Positions 1 to 10,046 of a stretch of 64,000 nucleotides of DNA are shown in pieces. The position numbers were made by a program, and so were the translations under genes. Below the pieces are notes generated by a model. It saw only the letters and a list, made by a program, of their open reading frames with translations. It ran no database searches and had not been told where the DNA came from. Source of the DNA: an uncultured candidatus Porisulfidus sp. GTDB lineage: Bacteria > Pseudomonadota > Gammaproteobacteria > Poriferisulfidales > Poriferisulfidaceae. Positions within the stretch are counted from its first letter, which is position 1. Every line of letters starts with the position of its first letter. The stretch covers positions 896,001 to 960,000 of the forward strand of contig OZ220480.1 in the NCBI GenBank assembly GCA_965116025.1, read 5' to 3'.

Positions 1-792
1 GGAGAGCGGACGCTGGTTCCGACCATGGGCGGCCTGCACGCCGGGCACCTGAGCCTGATCGCGCGCGCGCGCCGTCGTTCAGGCGTCGCGCTGGTCACGA
101 TTTTCGTGAACCGCTATCAGTTCGACGACCCGGAGGATTTCTCGCGCTACCCGCGTGAGGAGGAGGTGGACTTTGATCTGCTACGCCAGGCCGGGGTGGA
201 TATCGCGTATGTCCCGGACGAGCGGGCGGTATGGGGAGATCAGGCGCCACGGCTGGAAGATTTCGAGATGTCGGGGCTGACGGACGCGTTGGAAGGGCGG
301 TATCGCCCGGGCCACCTGACCGCGGTCGCGGCGGTGGTTGATCGGCTGTTCGACCAGACGGGGCCGACGGCCGCGGTGTTCGGCGAGAAAGACTACCAGC
401 AACTGGTTTTGGTGCGGCGCCTGGCGGAGCGCCGCGAGCCGCCAGTGCGCGTCGTGGCCGCTCCGGTCGTTCGCGAACCGGACGGACTGGCGATGAGCTC
501 CAGAAATCGAAGACTGGATCCCCAGTCGCGCGAACGAGCCGCCGGACTGTACCAATCCCTGATGACGGCGGCTGAATCCGTCCGGAATGGGCTCGATTTA
601 GATCTGGCGCGAAAGCGGGCGTTCCAAGACTTGATCCGGGCCGAATTCGAGCCGGACTACGTCGAGGCGCGCGCGGCTGATTCTTTTCGCCCGCCCGCCG
701 CGGGCGATCAGAATCTCGTCATGCTGGGAGCGGCGCGATTGGCGGGCGTCCGTCTGCTGGACGCCGTTCGGTTTGGGTTGGAAACGCCTTGA
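1..792 (+). CDS. panC: pantoate--beta-alanine ligase (5' truncated by window edge)
   Basis: Frame open from base 1 (GERTLVPTMGGLHAGH, HIGH-like motif), FVNRYQF, FGEKDYQQL, REPDGLAMSSRN motifs. Confidence 0.95.
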   Translation, partial: GERTLVPTMGGLHAGHLSLIARARRRSGVALVTIFVNRYQFDDPEDFSRYPREEEVDFDLLRQAGVDIAYVPDERAVWGDQAPRLEDFEMSGLTDALEGRYRPGHLTAVAAVVDRLFDQTGPTAAVFGEKDYQQLVLVRRLAERREPPVRVVAAPVVREPDGLAMSSRNRRLDPQSRERAAGLYQSLMTAAESVRNGLDLDLARKRAFQDLIRAEFEPDYVEARAADSFRPPAAGDQNLVMLGAARLAGVRLLDAVRFGLETP

Positions 793-940
793 ATCCGCCT
801 GCGTCCATTCTACGATAGTCCGCGCTTCAATATTATGGTGCGCAATGGCTCCAAGGGGAAACGTCGTCTCGATTTTTGAGGGGATGGGAGGGGAGATTCC
901 GGCGGACGCCGGTTTCGCCATCAAGGTTTCGGCGGCGATG

Positions 941-951
941 TTGTACAATTC
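941..951 (+). promoter_or_regulatory. putative -10 element (TTGTACAATTC) of autotransporter 1
   Basis: TACAAT at 944-949, about 50 nt before ATG 999; the same 11-mer lies upstream of autotransporter 2 (9997-10007). Confidence 0.5.
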
Positions 952-998
952 TCCGCCGCGTATTTAACTCATCGTCTTATCGTAATGAGGTGACTCAG

Positions 999-3900
999 AT
1001 GAAAGCTAGTCCTTCCGTTTCCAATGCCGCTCACGCCTCGTCGCGCGGGGCTTCGTCGTCCTCCCGCATAGGGGGGGGGGGGGGGGGGGGGGGCATAGCC
1101 TCCGTTTCCTGACCGTTCTGGCCGGTTTCACGGCCTTTCTCTCGATACCGCTAATTCCAAGCTCCGCCGTGGCGGGGACCACGGGGAATTGCGGCGACCC
1201 CAGCGCCAACGCGGTCACCTGTAGCGAAGCGAGCTACACCAACGACGACGGCTCCCCGATCAAGTACGAGAATCAGAACAAGGGTCTGACCTTGACCGTG
1301 AAGCCTACCGGGGTGGGCACGGTCACCATCACCGCCTCGAAGCTTCCTGCCAACGCGCGCGAGGAATTCCCGGGGATCCACCTGGACGGACACGGAACCC
1401 TGAAAGTCGTTCTGGATGGTTCCGTGAAAGTCGTGAACGGGGCGACCCGTACGACGGTGGAGGCCACGTTTGGGGATGGGAAGGAGACGTTCATCCACCC
1501 GGATCACAAGCGCGGCTCGCAAAACGACGGGGTGTACGTGGCGTACGACAAGGACTCCGACCGGGGGACGACGGAGGGCATGGTGGAGGTGATGGTGGGG
1601 AAGGACGCGATGATCGGGAGCGCGACGGCGCCGGCGGGACGGTTTGGGGTTCACGCGGCTTTTCTGGATGCGGACAACAACAGAAACTACCCGGCCGGGA
1701 AGATCAAGGTGACGAACGCGGGGGAGATATACGGCCATTACACGGGGATTTACGCGAAGCACGACGGGGCGGGCGCCATCGAGATCGAGACGTTGGAGGG
1801 GAGCGTGACGTCGATGGGTATCCGGGCGATCTCGAACGAGGCCAACAGGAACAAGCGAGGCGGAGACGTCACCATTCGCCACCATGGCCGGATCGTGTTC
1901 AAGGATCCGGTTCGGTATTTGGACTCCCTGAAAACGAACGCGCTGACGACGACCACGCCGTTGGAGGCGGACAAGGTGGACTATGCCGATAGGCACAGAG
2001 GCGGGATCTACGTGGAGCACAACGACAAGCGGAAGGGCACGGCCGCGAAACCCAGCAGCTCGATCTCGATCGAATCGAGCGGGGATATTGGGGCCCGCGA
2101 GTTTGGCGCCTACGTCATCACGTATGGGGCCTCCGGTTCCGTCGTGCCGATCACGGTCGACGTGACGGGGGGCGTCATCATGGCGGGCGGGCGGAATACG
2201 GAGAGTTTGGGAGACGGAATTTACGTTTATTCCTTTGGCCACAACGGCGGGCTCATCAAGGTGGATCTCGCGGGCGAGATCGCCTCGACGGGGACCGAGG
2301 GGGACGGGATCTACGTTTTACGGGCCACGTACGACGACAGCCAGCGTGGTGACATCAACCGGGACATCGAGGTGACGCTGAAATCCGGGGCGCGGATCGG
2401 CATGGAAGGAGACGAGCCGACCGTGGGTCGGCATGGCATGTATGTCATCCAGCAAATCCACGAGGGGACGATCCGGGTGGCCGTGGAGTCCGGGGCGCGG
2501 ATCGGGACCGCCGGGGCTCCAGTCGGCGGGCATGGCGTGTTCGCCGAGACCATAGCCTCGGACAACGAGATCCCCGTCATGATCACCAACGAGGGTCTGA
2601 TCCACGCGAAAGGCTCTGGGGTCTTCGCGTTGCATACCAGTTGGGGCGAGGTGGACGTGAAACATTTGGCGGGGAAGATCATTGCGGGCGACCTGTCCGA
2701 CGTCTTCTCCTCCTCCTCGCTCTCGGCGGATCACCAGACGAAACTGGCGGACCTGAAGGATCGGACCGCCGGCATTCTCGCCATCCATGGGGGCGCGGAG
2801 TCCCAGACGCTTCCCGGCAAGGAGTTTAATGAGGAGGACCCCGAGACCTACACCGCCGAGATCGGGGAGATCAAGATCATGTCGAAGGCGGACATCACGT
2901 CGAAGGGCGACGGGATTCTGGCCTACGTGAAAGACCTGGACAATACGGATGATGTAGATCCTCTGAAGATGATCATCCCGGTCAAGATAGACGTTTCGGG
3001 CGGGACGATCATGGCGGACGGGCATGGGGTCTACGCGGAGACGGCCACTCCCTATGACGATCCTGCGAAAGCCGGGAAGATAGAGGTCACGGTGGGGGAG
3101 ATGGCGACGATCCGAGCCAAAAAGGACGGGGTGCATGTCAAGGGCATGCGGACGTTCGCGTCCGACCACGCCCGGACGGGGCAATACGACCAGACGGTCA
3201 CGATCAACGGCAAGGTGATGGGCGGCGGTGGAGACCACGCCGGCGTTCGGATGGTGAAGGGCGGGACGCTGGTGATCGGGAGCGGCGGGCCGGAGGCGCG
3301 GCTCGGGGCGACCTCGGGCGTGGCGGTCCACGCGGACGGGGCTCTGACCATCACGATGAGCAAGACCGCCGACGGGCGCATCGGCTGGGTCGTGGGGAAG
3401 ATCCAGAATGGCGACAGCGCCGACACGACCTTCGCGGGCGTGGAAGTGGGGAAGACGTACCTGCTTCAGGATCGGGAGGAGACGAAGGGGATTTTCGACA
3501 CGACGATCGAGCGGAAGGTGACCTTGAGGGAACGCGCGGACGAGGACTATCACGAGTTCGAGCTGGTCTCTCAGGAGGAGATCGTTCGGGAGTACCATGA
3601 TCGGGCTCGGGTGTACGAGGCGCTGCCGTCGGTGCTGCTGGAGATGAGCGCGCCGGGCGGTCGTCAGGCGCGGTTGTCGGCGACGCGGGACGGCGGTGGC
3701 GCGTGGGCGCGGGCGCTGGCGAGCGACGGCGAGCGTGAGGCGGAGACGTCGACGACGGCGATGGACACGGCCGGGCATGATCTGTCCTGGGACTTCGAGC
3801 GCTGGGGCGTGGAGACGGGCTTCGCCGTTTCCACGGACCTGCCGGGCGTGACGCTGGGGGTGAGCGCGCACTACCGTGATGGCGAGGCGGACGTCGAGCG

Positions 3901-4498
3901 CGGCGGGAAGATCGAGGTCTCGGGCGTGGGCGTCGGGGTATCGGCGACTTGGTGGGGTGAGGATGGCTGGTACGCGGACGGGGAGTTCTTGTACACGCGT
4001 TTCGAGGACATTGACCTGAGCTCGGAGACTCGGGGGATGGTGGCGTCCGGTCTGGACGGAGAGGGTCACGCGATCGGCGTGGAGGTCGGCAGGCGGCTGG
4101 AGATGGACGGCTTCGCGCTGGTTCCGCGCGGAGGGTTGACGTGGACTTGGGTGGACGTCGACGGCTTCGCCGACGTGTCGGGCGTTTCTGGAAGCGGTCG
4201 GGTATCGTTCCGCTCGGAGGACAGCGTGCGGGCGCGGGTTGGAGCGCTGCTGGAGAATGGCCAGACGTACGCGTCTCTGGACGTGGAGCGTGAGTTCTCG
4301 GAGAGCCGGGAGGCGATGGCGTCGGGAGCGCGGTTGCGCTCGGAGGCGGAGTCGACTTGGGCGCGCTTAGGCGTTGGAGGCGTGATGACGCTGGACGCGC
4401 GGGGGGAGTCGACGCTCTCGGCGGACGCGCGCTACGCGGCGTCGGATGGCGACAATCATGACTATGGCGCGAGCGTCCTGCTGAAGGTTCGCTTCTGA
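999..4498 (+). CDS. autotransporter (type Va) paralog 1, frameshifted at G23 tract in signal peptide (putative phase-OFF)
   Basis: GAGGTG RBS then ATG 999 (MKASPSVSNAAHASSRGASSSSRI); G23 at 1071-1093; signal h-region HSLRFLTVLAGFTAFLSIPLIPSSAVA in the frame of ORF 1169-4498; beta-helix-like GIYV repeats; C-terminal beta-barrel ending YGASVLLKVRF. Confidence 0.88.
1071..1093 (+). repeat. poly-G homopolymer G23
   Basis: Counted directly; flanked by CATA...CATAG. Confidence 0.9.
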
Positions 4499-4510
4499 CC
4501 GACTTGTGAT

Positions 4511-4541
4511 CGCGGCCCCGGCGTTTCAAGCCGGGGCCGCG
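4511..4541 (+). terminator. GC-rich hairpin after autotransporter 1
   Basis: 12-bp stem CGCGGCCCCGGC / GCCGGGGCCGCG with 7-nt loop; homologous hairpins follow paralogs 2 and 3; no strong U-tract. Confidence 0.55.
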
Positions 4542-4946
4542 TCAACCGCGCGCTTCGAAAGCCTTGGCGAGGCGCCAAGCCGCGGGCTCGCATTGCTGCC
4601 CGCTACTTTCGTTCCGGTGTTGGGCCGCCGCTCTCCTCAAGTCAGCGGGAAGGCAGCAACTGGAAAGCTGCCGGAAGCCATCGTGGGTTTGTAGTCGTTG
4701 TTGAAGTATTCACTCGCGGTTATGCGAAGCGAAGGGAAAATCGCCTCGCGACGCGGAGCGTCCGGCCCCAGAGGAGAAATTTCCGGAATTTCTCCAGGCG
4801 CGTGCGCAATTTGTGAAACAGCATAGCCGGAAGTTAATTTTATGCATCGTGATTCAAATAGTTGCGAATACTTCAGCAGTGACCGCGATGGCGCCATGTT
4901 TTGGCAGGTCGGGCCTGGTGGCTCCCGATGGCTGGCTGGCGCGGCA

Positions 4947-6161
4947 TCAGCCAGCGACTCGAAATGCCGTTTCATATATCTTGATATCGGGCGCGCTCAT
5001 GCCGAGGCGGCGCGCCTCTACACGCCAGTTCGCGAGCGCGGCTTCCTGCCGCGCGATCATGTCGTTCGCCTGTTTGGGGTTCAGCCCGAAGCGAGGCGCG
5101 GCGGCTCGGGCGAGGTCAAGGCTCGCGTCCGGTCCTTCTTCCGAGATCCACGTGCTCAGCTCGCGCGCCTTCTCGAACGCTGGAACCGGGTTCAAGTCGT
5201 AGGCTGGGGCGAGGCGCCACCACTCGCCCTCGGCATGGAGAAAGCCATGATTGCGCAGGTGGTCGTCGAGGTTCGAGACCAGAACGTTGAAGATCGCGCG
5301 CCCGAAAATCTCGCGCAGGTCCGCGGTCGGCGCGACGGAGCGCTTGCGTATCACCTCGGCGATATCGGTGTAGGTCGCCGTCTCTCCGTCCTCGAGTCCG
5401 AGCATCGTCATCGCCGAGACGAACGGGATCCGATCATCGCCGCGGCGATCGAAACGGGACACGACGGCGACCGGTCGTCCGGCGGCCACCTCGATGCGCG
5501 CCGGCGCCGCGTTCAGTCCGGCCTGGAGAGCCAGCCGCATGGCCAGCACCTCGCCGTGAGGGACGGATCGCTCGTCGTCGGGTTTCGGGAATTTCGCGAT
5601 GGCGAGCGAGCCGTCCTCGTCGCGCACGGCTGACTTCGGACGCGCCCCCCCGAGAGGCGATCCTTCATGCAGCAGAAGACGCAGGTCATCCGCGGACTCG
5701 GCGTTCTGGTGGATGGCGTCCGCCGCGCGACGTAGCGCGGGCAGTTGAATGATCGGGGGAACCCGGTGGCGCTGTCGCCCTGGCCCGAAGCCATCGTCGC
5801 CGGGACGCTCGCAGCGCAGCGCGCCAATCCGTGTCGAGTCGTCAAGGCCGAGCAGGTAGTCGATCTCGGAAAGAGAGCGGCGCTCGCCCGTCTTGCGAAA
5901 CGCGCGTTGGATCAATCGCCGCCCCCAGCGATCTGGAGCCGTGTCACGAATCGCGCCCGGCAGGGCGGATCGCCGGGCGAAGGGCCCGGCCCGCAAAGGC
6001 AGATTCTCGGGGTCGATGGCGAACGCTTCAGGGTCGCGAAGCCAGTCTTCGTCGTATTCGAAAACGCTCGTCGAGCCGCGCGCCTTGGATATATGGCGAC
6101 ACAAGCCGACCCGGCGCGTCGTTCCCCCGACTTCCATATGGATTTCCACGGTCTGGGTCAC
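4947..6161 (-). CDS. hipA: HipA-family Ser/Thr kinase toxin
   Basis: N-terminal coupler (F.YD..W, PDRWGR), GSPLGGARPK P-loop, IAKFP, N.DDHLRNHGF and LAPAYD motifs. Confidence 0.9.
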   Translation of the reverse strand: MTQTVEIHMEVGGTTRRVGLCRHISKARGSTSVFEYDEDWLRDPEAFAIDPENLPLRAGPFARRSALPGAIRDTAPDRWGRRLIQRAFRKTGERRSLSEIDYLLGLDDSTRIGALRCERPGDDGFGPGRQRHRVPPIIQLPALRRAADAIHQNAESADDLRLLLHEGSPLGGARPKSAVRDEDGSLAIAKFPKPDDERSVPHGEVLAMRLALQAGLNAAPARIEVAAGRPVAVVSRFDRRGDDRIPFVSAMTMLGLEDGETATYTDIAEVIRKRSVAPTADLREIFGRAIFNVLVSNLDDHLRNHGFLHAEGEWWRLAPAYDLNPVPAFEKARELSTWISEEGPDASLDLARAAAPRFGLNPKQANDMIARQEAALANWRVEARRLGMSAPDIKIYETAFRVAG

Positions 6162-6490
6162 GGCGACCTCTCACGGCGCCGACGGTGGATCGCGCGCGGC
6201 AAAGCCTCCTCCTCAAGGTCGAGGCCCAGCGCGTCGTCCCGGCGGTCCGCGACGTCTCCCAGCCTGTCGACGAGTCCCAGGATGGCGAGCGCGGTCGCAT
6301 AGGTTCCGATGGAGACGGCCGGGTCGCCACGCTCCATCCTATAGAGCGTGTTGCGACTGATGAAGGCCCGTTCCGCCATGGAAATCGTGGAGAGTCGTCG
6401 CTTCTTGCGCGCGACCGCGATATCCGCGCCAAGCTTAGCGAGGGCCGCGCGCGCCGCGCGCGGGAGGGCATCTCTGGATTTTGATCGCAT
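6158..6490 (-). CDS. XRE/HipB-like HTH antitoxin
   Basis: LGADIAVARKKRRLS..MAERAFISRNTLYRMERGDP HTH; 4-nt overlap with the hipA start. Confidence 0.85.
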   Translation of the reverse strand: MRSKSRDALPRAARAALAKLGADIAVARKKRRLSTISMAERAFISRNTLYRMERGDPAVSIGTYATALAILGLVDRLGDVADRRDDALGLDLEEEALPRAIHRRRRERSP

Positions 6491-6499
6491 TTTGAATTA

Positions 6500-6533
6500 T
6501 GTATCATACAAAAAATAGAATAATGCTCATTAT
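6500..6533. promoter_or_regulatory. two AT-rich palindromes, putative antitoxin operators
   Basis: TGTAT-C-ATACA (6500-6510) and ATAATG-CT-CATTAT (6520-6533) directly upstream of the HTH gene. Confidence 0.5.
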
Positions 6534-6708
6534 ATAGCGCTTATCGTTGGATCCGAAGCCGTCTCCCGCGCCAAAGCGAGCCATGAGGTCTCGCTTTTTC
6601 CGGTCGGTTTCGGCATCGCGTCAAGCGGCTCGCGTCCGTCAGATTCCCGCTACGCCAAAATTGGCCAGAGCCTTGTCGCGATGTCTTCATTTGCTAAAAT
6701 CCAGCGCC

Positions 6709-7089
6709 ATGAAGCTGACGTTTCTCCGCGCCCGCCTGCATCGAGCCGAGGTGACTCGCGTCGAGCCGGACTACGACGGTTCGTGCGCGATCGATGGCGA
6801 GCTTCTTGAGACCGCCGGAATCGGCGAGTATGAGCGGATCGATCTCTACAACATCAGCAATGGGGAGCGTCTCACCACCTACGCCATCCAAGCCGACCGC
6901 GGCAGCCGCGTCATTTCGGTGAACGGCGCGGCGGCGCGCAAGGCGGCGCCGGGGGACCGGATCATCATCGCCGCCTACGCGCAACTGGAGCCGGAGGAGG
7001 TCGCTGGCTTCAAGCCGGTCCTGGTGTACTTGGGCGAGGGCAACCGCGTCGAGCGCGTCGCCCACAAGATTCCGGTTCAGGCCGCTTGA
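6709..7089 (+). CDS. panD: aspartate 1-decarboxylase
   Basis: LHRA.VT...YDGSCAID (Gly24-Ser25 self-cleavage site), NGERLTTY, NGAAAR; start placed at ATG 6709. Confidence 0.95.
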   Translation: MKLTFLRARLHRAEVTRVEPDYDGSCAIDGELLETAGIGEYERIDLYNISNGERLTTYAIQADRGSRVISVNGAAARKAAPGDRIIIAAYAQLEPEEVAGFKPVLVYLGEGNRVERVAHKIPVQAA

Positions 7090-7090
7090 T

Positions 7091-9886
7091 TCAGCCCGTG
7101 TTTCGCATTCCCGCCGCGATCGCGCTGATCGACCGCGCGACGGCGCTCTGGTAGGGACTCGGATCGTCAGTCTCGCGCATGCGGCGCAGCAGACTGAGCT
7201 GAATCGCGTTGAGGGGATCCAGGTAGGGCTTGCGGCGGTTTAGCGAGCGGCGCAGCAGTTCCTGCGTTTCCAGAAGTCGCTCGCAGCCCGCCACTTCCAG
7301 CGCGAGCTTGCGGGTGAGATCGTATTCCCGCTTGATTCGCTCATAGATCCGCTCGGCGTCGTCCGGTCGCGAGCTCAGTCGCATGTACTCCCGGGCGATC
7401 GGCATGTCGGCCTTGGCGAGCGCCATCTGGATGTTCTGCATCAGGGTCCGGAAGAAAGGCCACCGCCGGTACATGAGGCGAATCTGGTCGAGCCCGGTGC
7501 GCGGGTGCGCCTTCAGATAGGATTCGAGAGCGGCGCCGATGCCGTACCACGCTGGTAGCGTGTGCCGAGACAAGGACCAGCCGAACACCCAGGGGATGGC
7601 GCGGATGGAATCCATGGAGCGGTCCACCGCGCGGCGGTGCGAGGGTCGGGAGCCGATGTTGATGTTGCCGATTTCCCGCACTGGGGTGACCTCGTAGAAG
7701 TAGTCCAGGAAGCCTGGCGATTCGAGCAACTCCCGGTAGGCGCGCTCGCCGTCCGCGGCGAGTCTCTCCATGATCCTGAGGTCGTCGGCGTATTCGTGGG
7801 CCAGCTTGTGGAACAGAAGGTGGCGGGAGGCCAGGATCAGGCCGGTCGCGCCCATGGTCAGCTCGTACACGGCCGTCTCGAGATTGGAGTATTTGTGCGA
7901 CAGCACCTCGCCCTGCTCCGTCAGCTTGATGGCGCCGCGGACCGTGCCGGGTGGCTGCGCCGTGATGGCCTCGTAGGTCGGTCCGCCGCCGCGCCCGATC
8001 GTTCCACCACGACCATGGAACAGGCGGAACCGCACGCCGTGACGCTCGGAAACTTCCTGAATCCGCTTTTGCGCTTGATAAAGGTTCCATGCCGAGGCGA
8101 GGATGCCCCCGTCCTTGCAGGAGTCGGAATAGCCCAGCATGACGTCTTGCGCGCCGCCCGACGCGTCGAGAAACGGGCGGTACACCGGATCCCGAAACAA
8201 CTGGTCCAGAATCTCCGGCACCTTGCGCAGATCCTCGATCGTCTCGAACAGAGGACAGATCTGCAAGAGACAGAAGCGTTTCCGCCCGTGGCCTCCGGCG
8301 AGACCGGCCATCCCCCCGAGAAACAGCGCCTCCAGGACGTGACTGGGCTCGTGGGTCATGGAGATGATGTACTGCCCGAATATCCGCGGGCTGGTTCGCT
8401 CCGGCGCTTCGCGCATGAGGGCGAACACGGCCAGGGTCTCGCGCGTGGCGGCGGACAGTTTCTCGCGCTCCATCTCGACCGGGCCGTCCATTTCCCTGAC
8501 GCGCCGCCGCAGGACCTGGACCCGCCCGGCCTCGTTCAGGGCGATGTAGTCGGTTCCATCCATGGCTCGCAGGATCTCGGCGACCGCCGCCGTGTGCCGG
8601 GGAGATTCCTGCCGAAGGTCGAGCCGCGCCAGGTAGAAGCCGAAAGTTTCCGCCAGTCGGATGAGGTCGGCCAGCTCGCCCTCGGCGACGCGTCGGTCGC
8701 CCTGCTCGATCAGCGCGTCGCGAATCAGCCGCAGGTCGTCGAGAAATTGGTCCTCGTCACGATAGCTGTCCGAGCTGTGCCAGGCGCGACCTTCCAGATG
8801 GTCGAGCCTGCGCCGTAGCCGGTACAGGATGATCTCCAGCTTGCAACGGTAGGGCTCGGTCTCGAACAGCGAGTGGGCTCGGGTGCGTATCCGGTCCAGC
8901 ACCTTGCGGTCATCCTCCAGGCTGGCGCGGAGGCGCTCGGGCAGATCGATCAGGTGGGAGGAGTGGCTGAGCATGCTTTCCAGCTCGCCCGTTCGGCGGA
9001 TGTACTCGCGGAGGATGGCGCGCGCCTGCATCCGGCATGCCTCGCGGGTGACGCGCGCGGTGACGTGCGGGTTCCCGTCACGGTCGCCGCCGATCCAGGA
9101 ACCGAACCGGATGAAGCTCGGAAGGGTCTCCTGCGCGTCCGGGTACGTCTGCCGCCAGGCGCGCTGCAGATTGCGGTACAGGACCGGAATGGCCTCGAAC
9201 AGCGATTTCTCGAAATAATGCAGGCCGTTCTTGACCTCGGTCTGCACGGTCGGCTTGCCCGGGCGGACCTCGTCGGTCTTCCACAGCAACTGGATTTCGG
9301 CCAGCAGGCGCTCGCGGGCCTCCTCGCGCTCCACTTGGCTCAGGGCGCGGTCGTCCGATGACTGCAGCAGAATGAAGACGCGCCGGAGCGCTTCTTGCAT
9401 GATGCGGCGCTTCGCCTCGGTCGGGTGGGCGGTGAAGACGGGCATGTACTCTGTCGAGAGCAACAGCTTCTGGGCCTTGGCGGCGCTGAATCCCTGCTCT
9501 TTCAGCGCGCGCAGGGTCGCCTCGAACGAGCCCGTCCACAGGGGGGTTCCGGTCTGCAGATACCGGCGGCGCCGATCCTGCAGCGCCGCCTCCTCGGCGA
9601 CGTTGACCAGACTGAAATAGGTGGAGAACGCCCGGATGACTTGGCCGGTGAGGTCTTGGTCCAGCCGGTCGATCAGGCGCGCCAGGCGCTCGCGGCGCCG
9701 CTCGTCCTCCTCGCGATGCAGGCGGATGTAGCCGCGGCGCAGGCGCTCCACGACCTGGAATACCTGAGGCGGGGCCTGCTCTTGGAGCACGAGGCCAAGC
9801 AGGCGACCCAGCAGTTTGACTCGTTGCCGTAACTTGCGGTCAATGGCGTCGCCTATCGACGGCGATTGGGAGGCCGCGTTAGGCAT
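7091..9886 (-). CDS. ppc: phosphoenolpyruvate carboxylase
   Basis: VFTAHPTE, SWIGGDRDGNP, VMLGYSDSCKDGG, FHGRGGTIGRGGGP, RAIPWVF, C-terminal MRNTG. Confidence 0.98.
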   Translation of the reverse strand: MPNAASQSPSIGDAIDRKLRQRVKLLGRLLGLVLQEQAPPQVFQVVERLRRGYIRLHREEDERRRERLARLIDRLDQDLTGQVIRAFSTYFSLVNVAEEAALQDRRRRYLQTGTPLWTGSFEATLRALKEQGFSAAKAQKLLLSTEYMPVFTAHPTEAKRRIMQEALRRVFILLQSSDDRALSQVEREEARERLLAEIQLLWKTDEVRPGKPTVQTEVKNGLHYFEKSLFEAIPVLYRNLQRAWRQTYPDAQETLPSFIRFGSWIGGDRDGNPHVTARVTREACRMQARAILREYIRRTGELESMLSHSSHLIDLPERLRASLEDDRKVLDRIRTRAHSLFETEPYRCKLEIILYRLRRRLDHLEGRAWHSSDSYRDEDQFLDDLRLIRDALIEQGDRRVAEGELADLIRLAETFGFYLARLDLRQESPRHTAAVAEILRAMDGTDYIALNEAGRVQVLRRRVREMDGPVEMEREKLSAATRETLAVFALMREAPERTSPRIFGQYIISMTHEPSHVLEALFLGGMAGLAGGHGRKRFCLLQICPLFETIEDLRKVPEILDQLFRDPVYRPFLDASGGAQDVMLGYSDSCKDGGILASAWNLYQAQKRIQEVSERHGVRFRLFHGRGGTIGRGGGPTYEAITAQPPGTVRGAIKLTEQGEVLSHKYSNLETAVYELTMGATGLILASRHLLFHKLAHEYADDLRIMERLAADGERAYRELLESPGFLDYFYEVTPVREIGNINIGSRPSHRRAVDRSMDSIRAIPWVFGWSLSRHTLPAWYGIGAALESYLKAHPRTGLDQIRLMYRRWPFFRTLMQNIQMALAKADMPIAREYMRLSSRPDDAERIYERIKREYDLTRKLALEVAGCERLLETQELLRRSLNRRKPYLDPLNAIQLSLLRRMRETDDPSPYQSAVARSISAIAAGMRNTG

Positions 9887-10046
9887 GAAAGATGTGGATG
9901 ACGGTGCGGGCGGCCATTATACAAGGCGCGCCCGGCAGTCGGGTTCCGTCGGCCCCTTTCCTGGCTCAACCGCACGCGAGCGCCGGGGCCGGGGTATTGT
10001 ACAATTCGCGGCTATCCGAGACTGATCCTCGAAGGAAGAATGAAAA

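Noticed and set aside
4773-4795. Inverted repeat GGAGAAATT-TCCGG-AATTTCTCC downstream of hipA
   Set aside because: Single short hairpin with no second copy noticed; not enough to assign a function.
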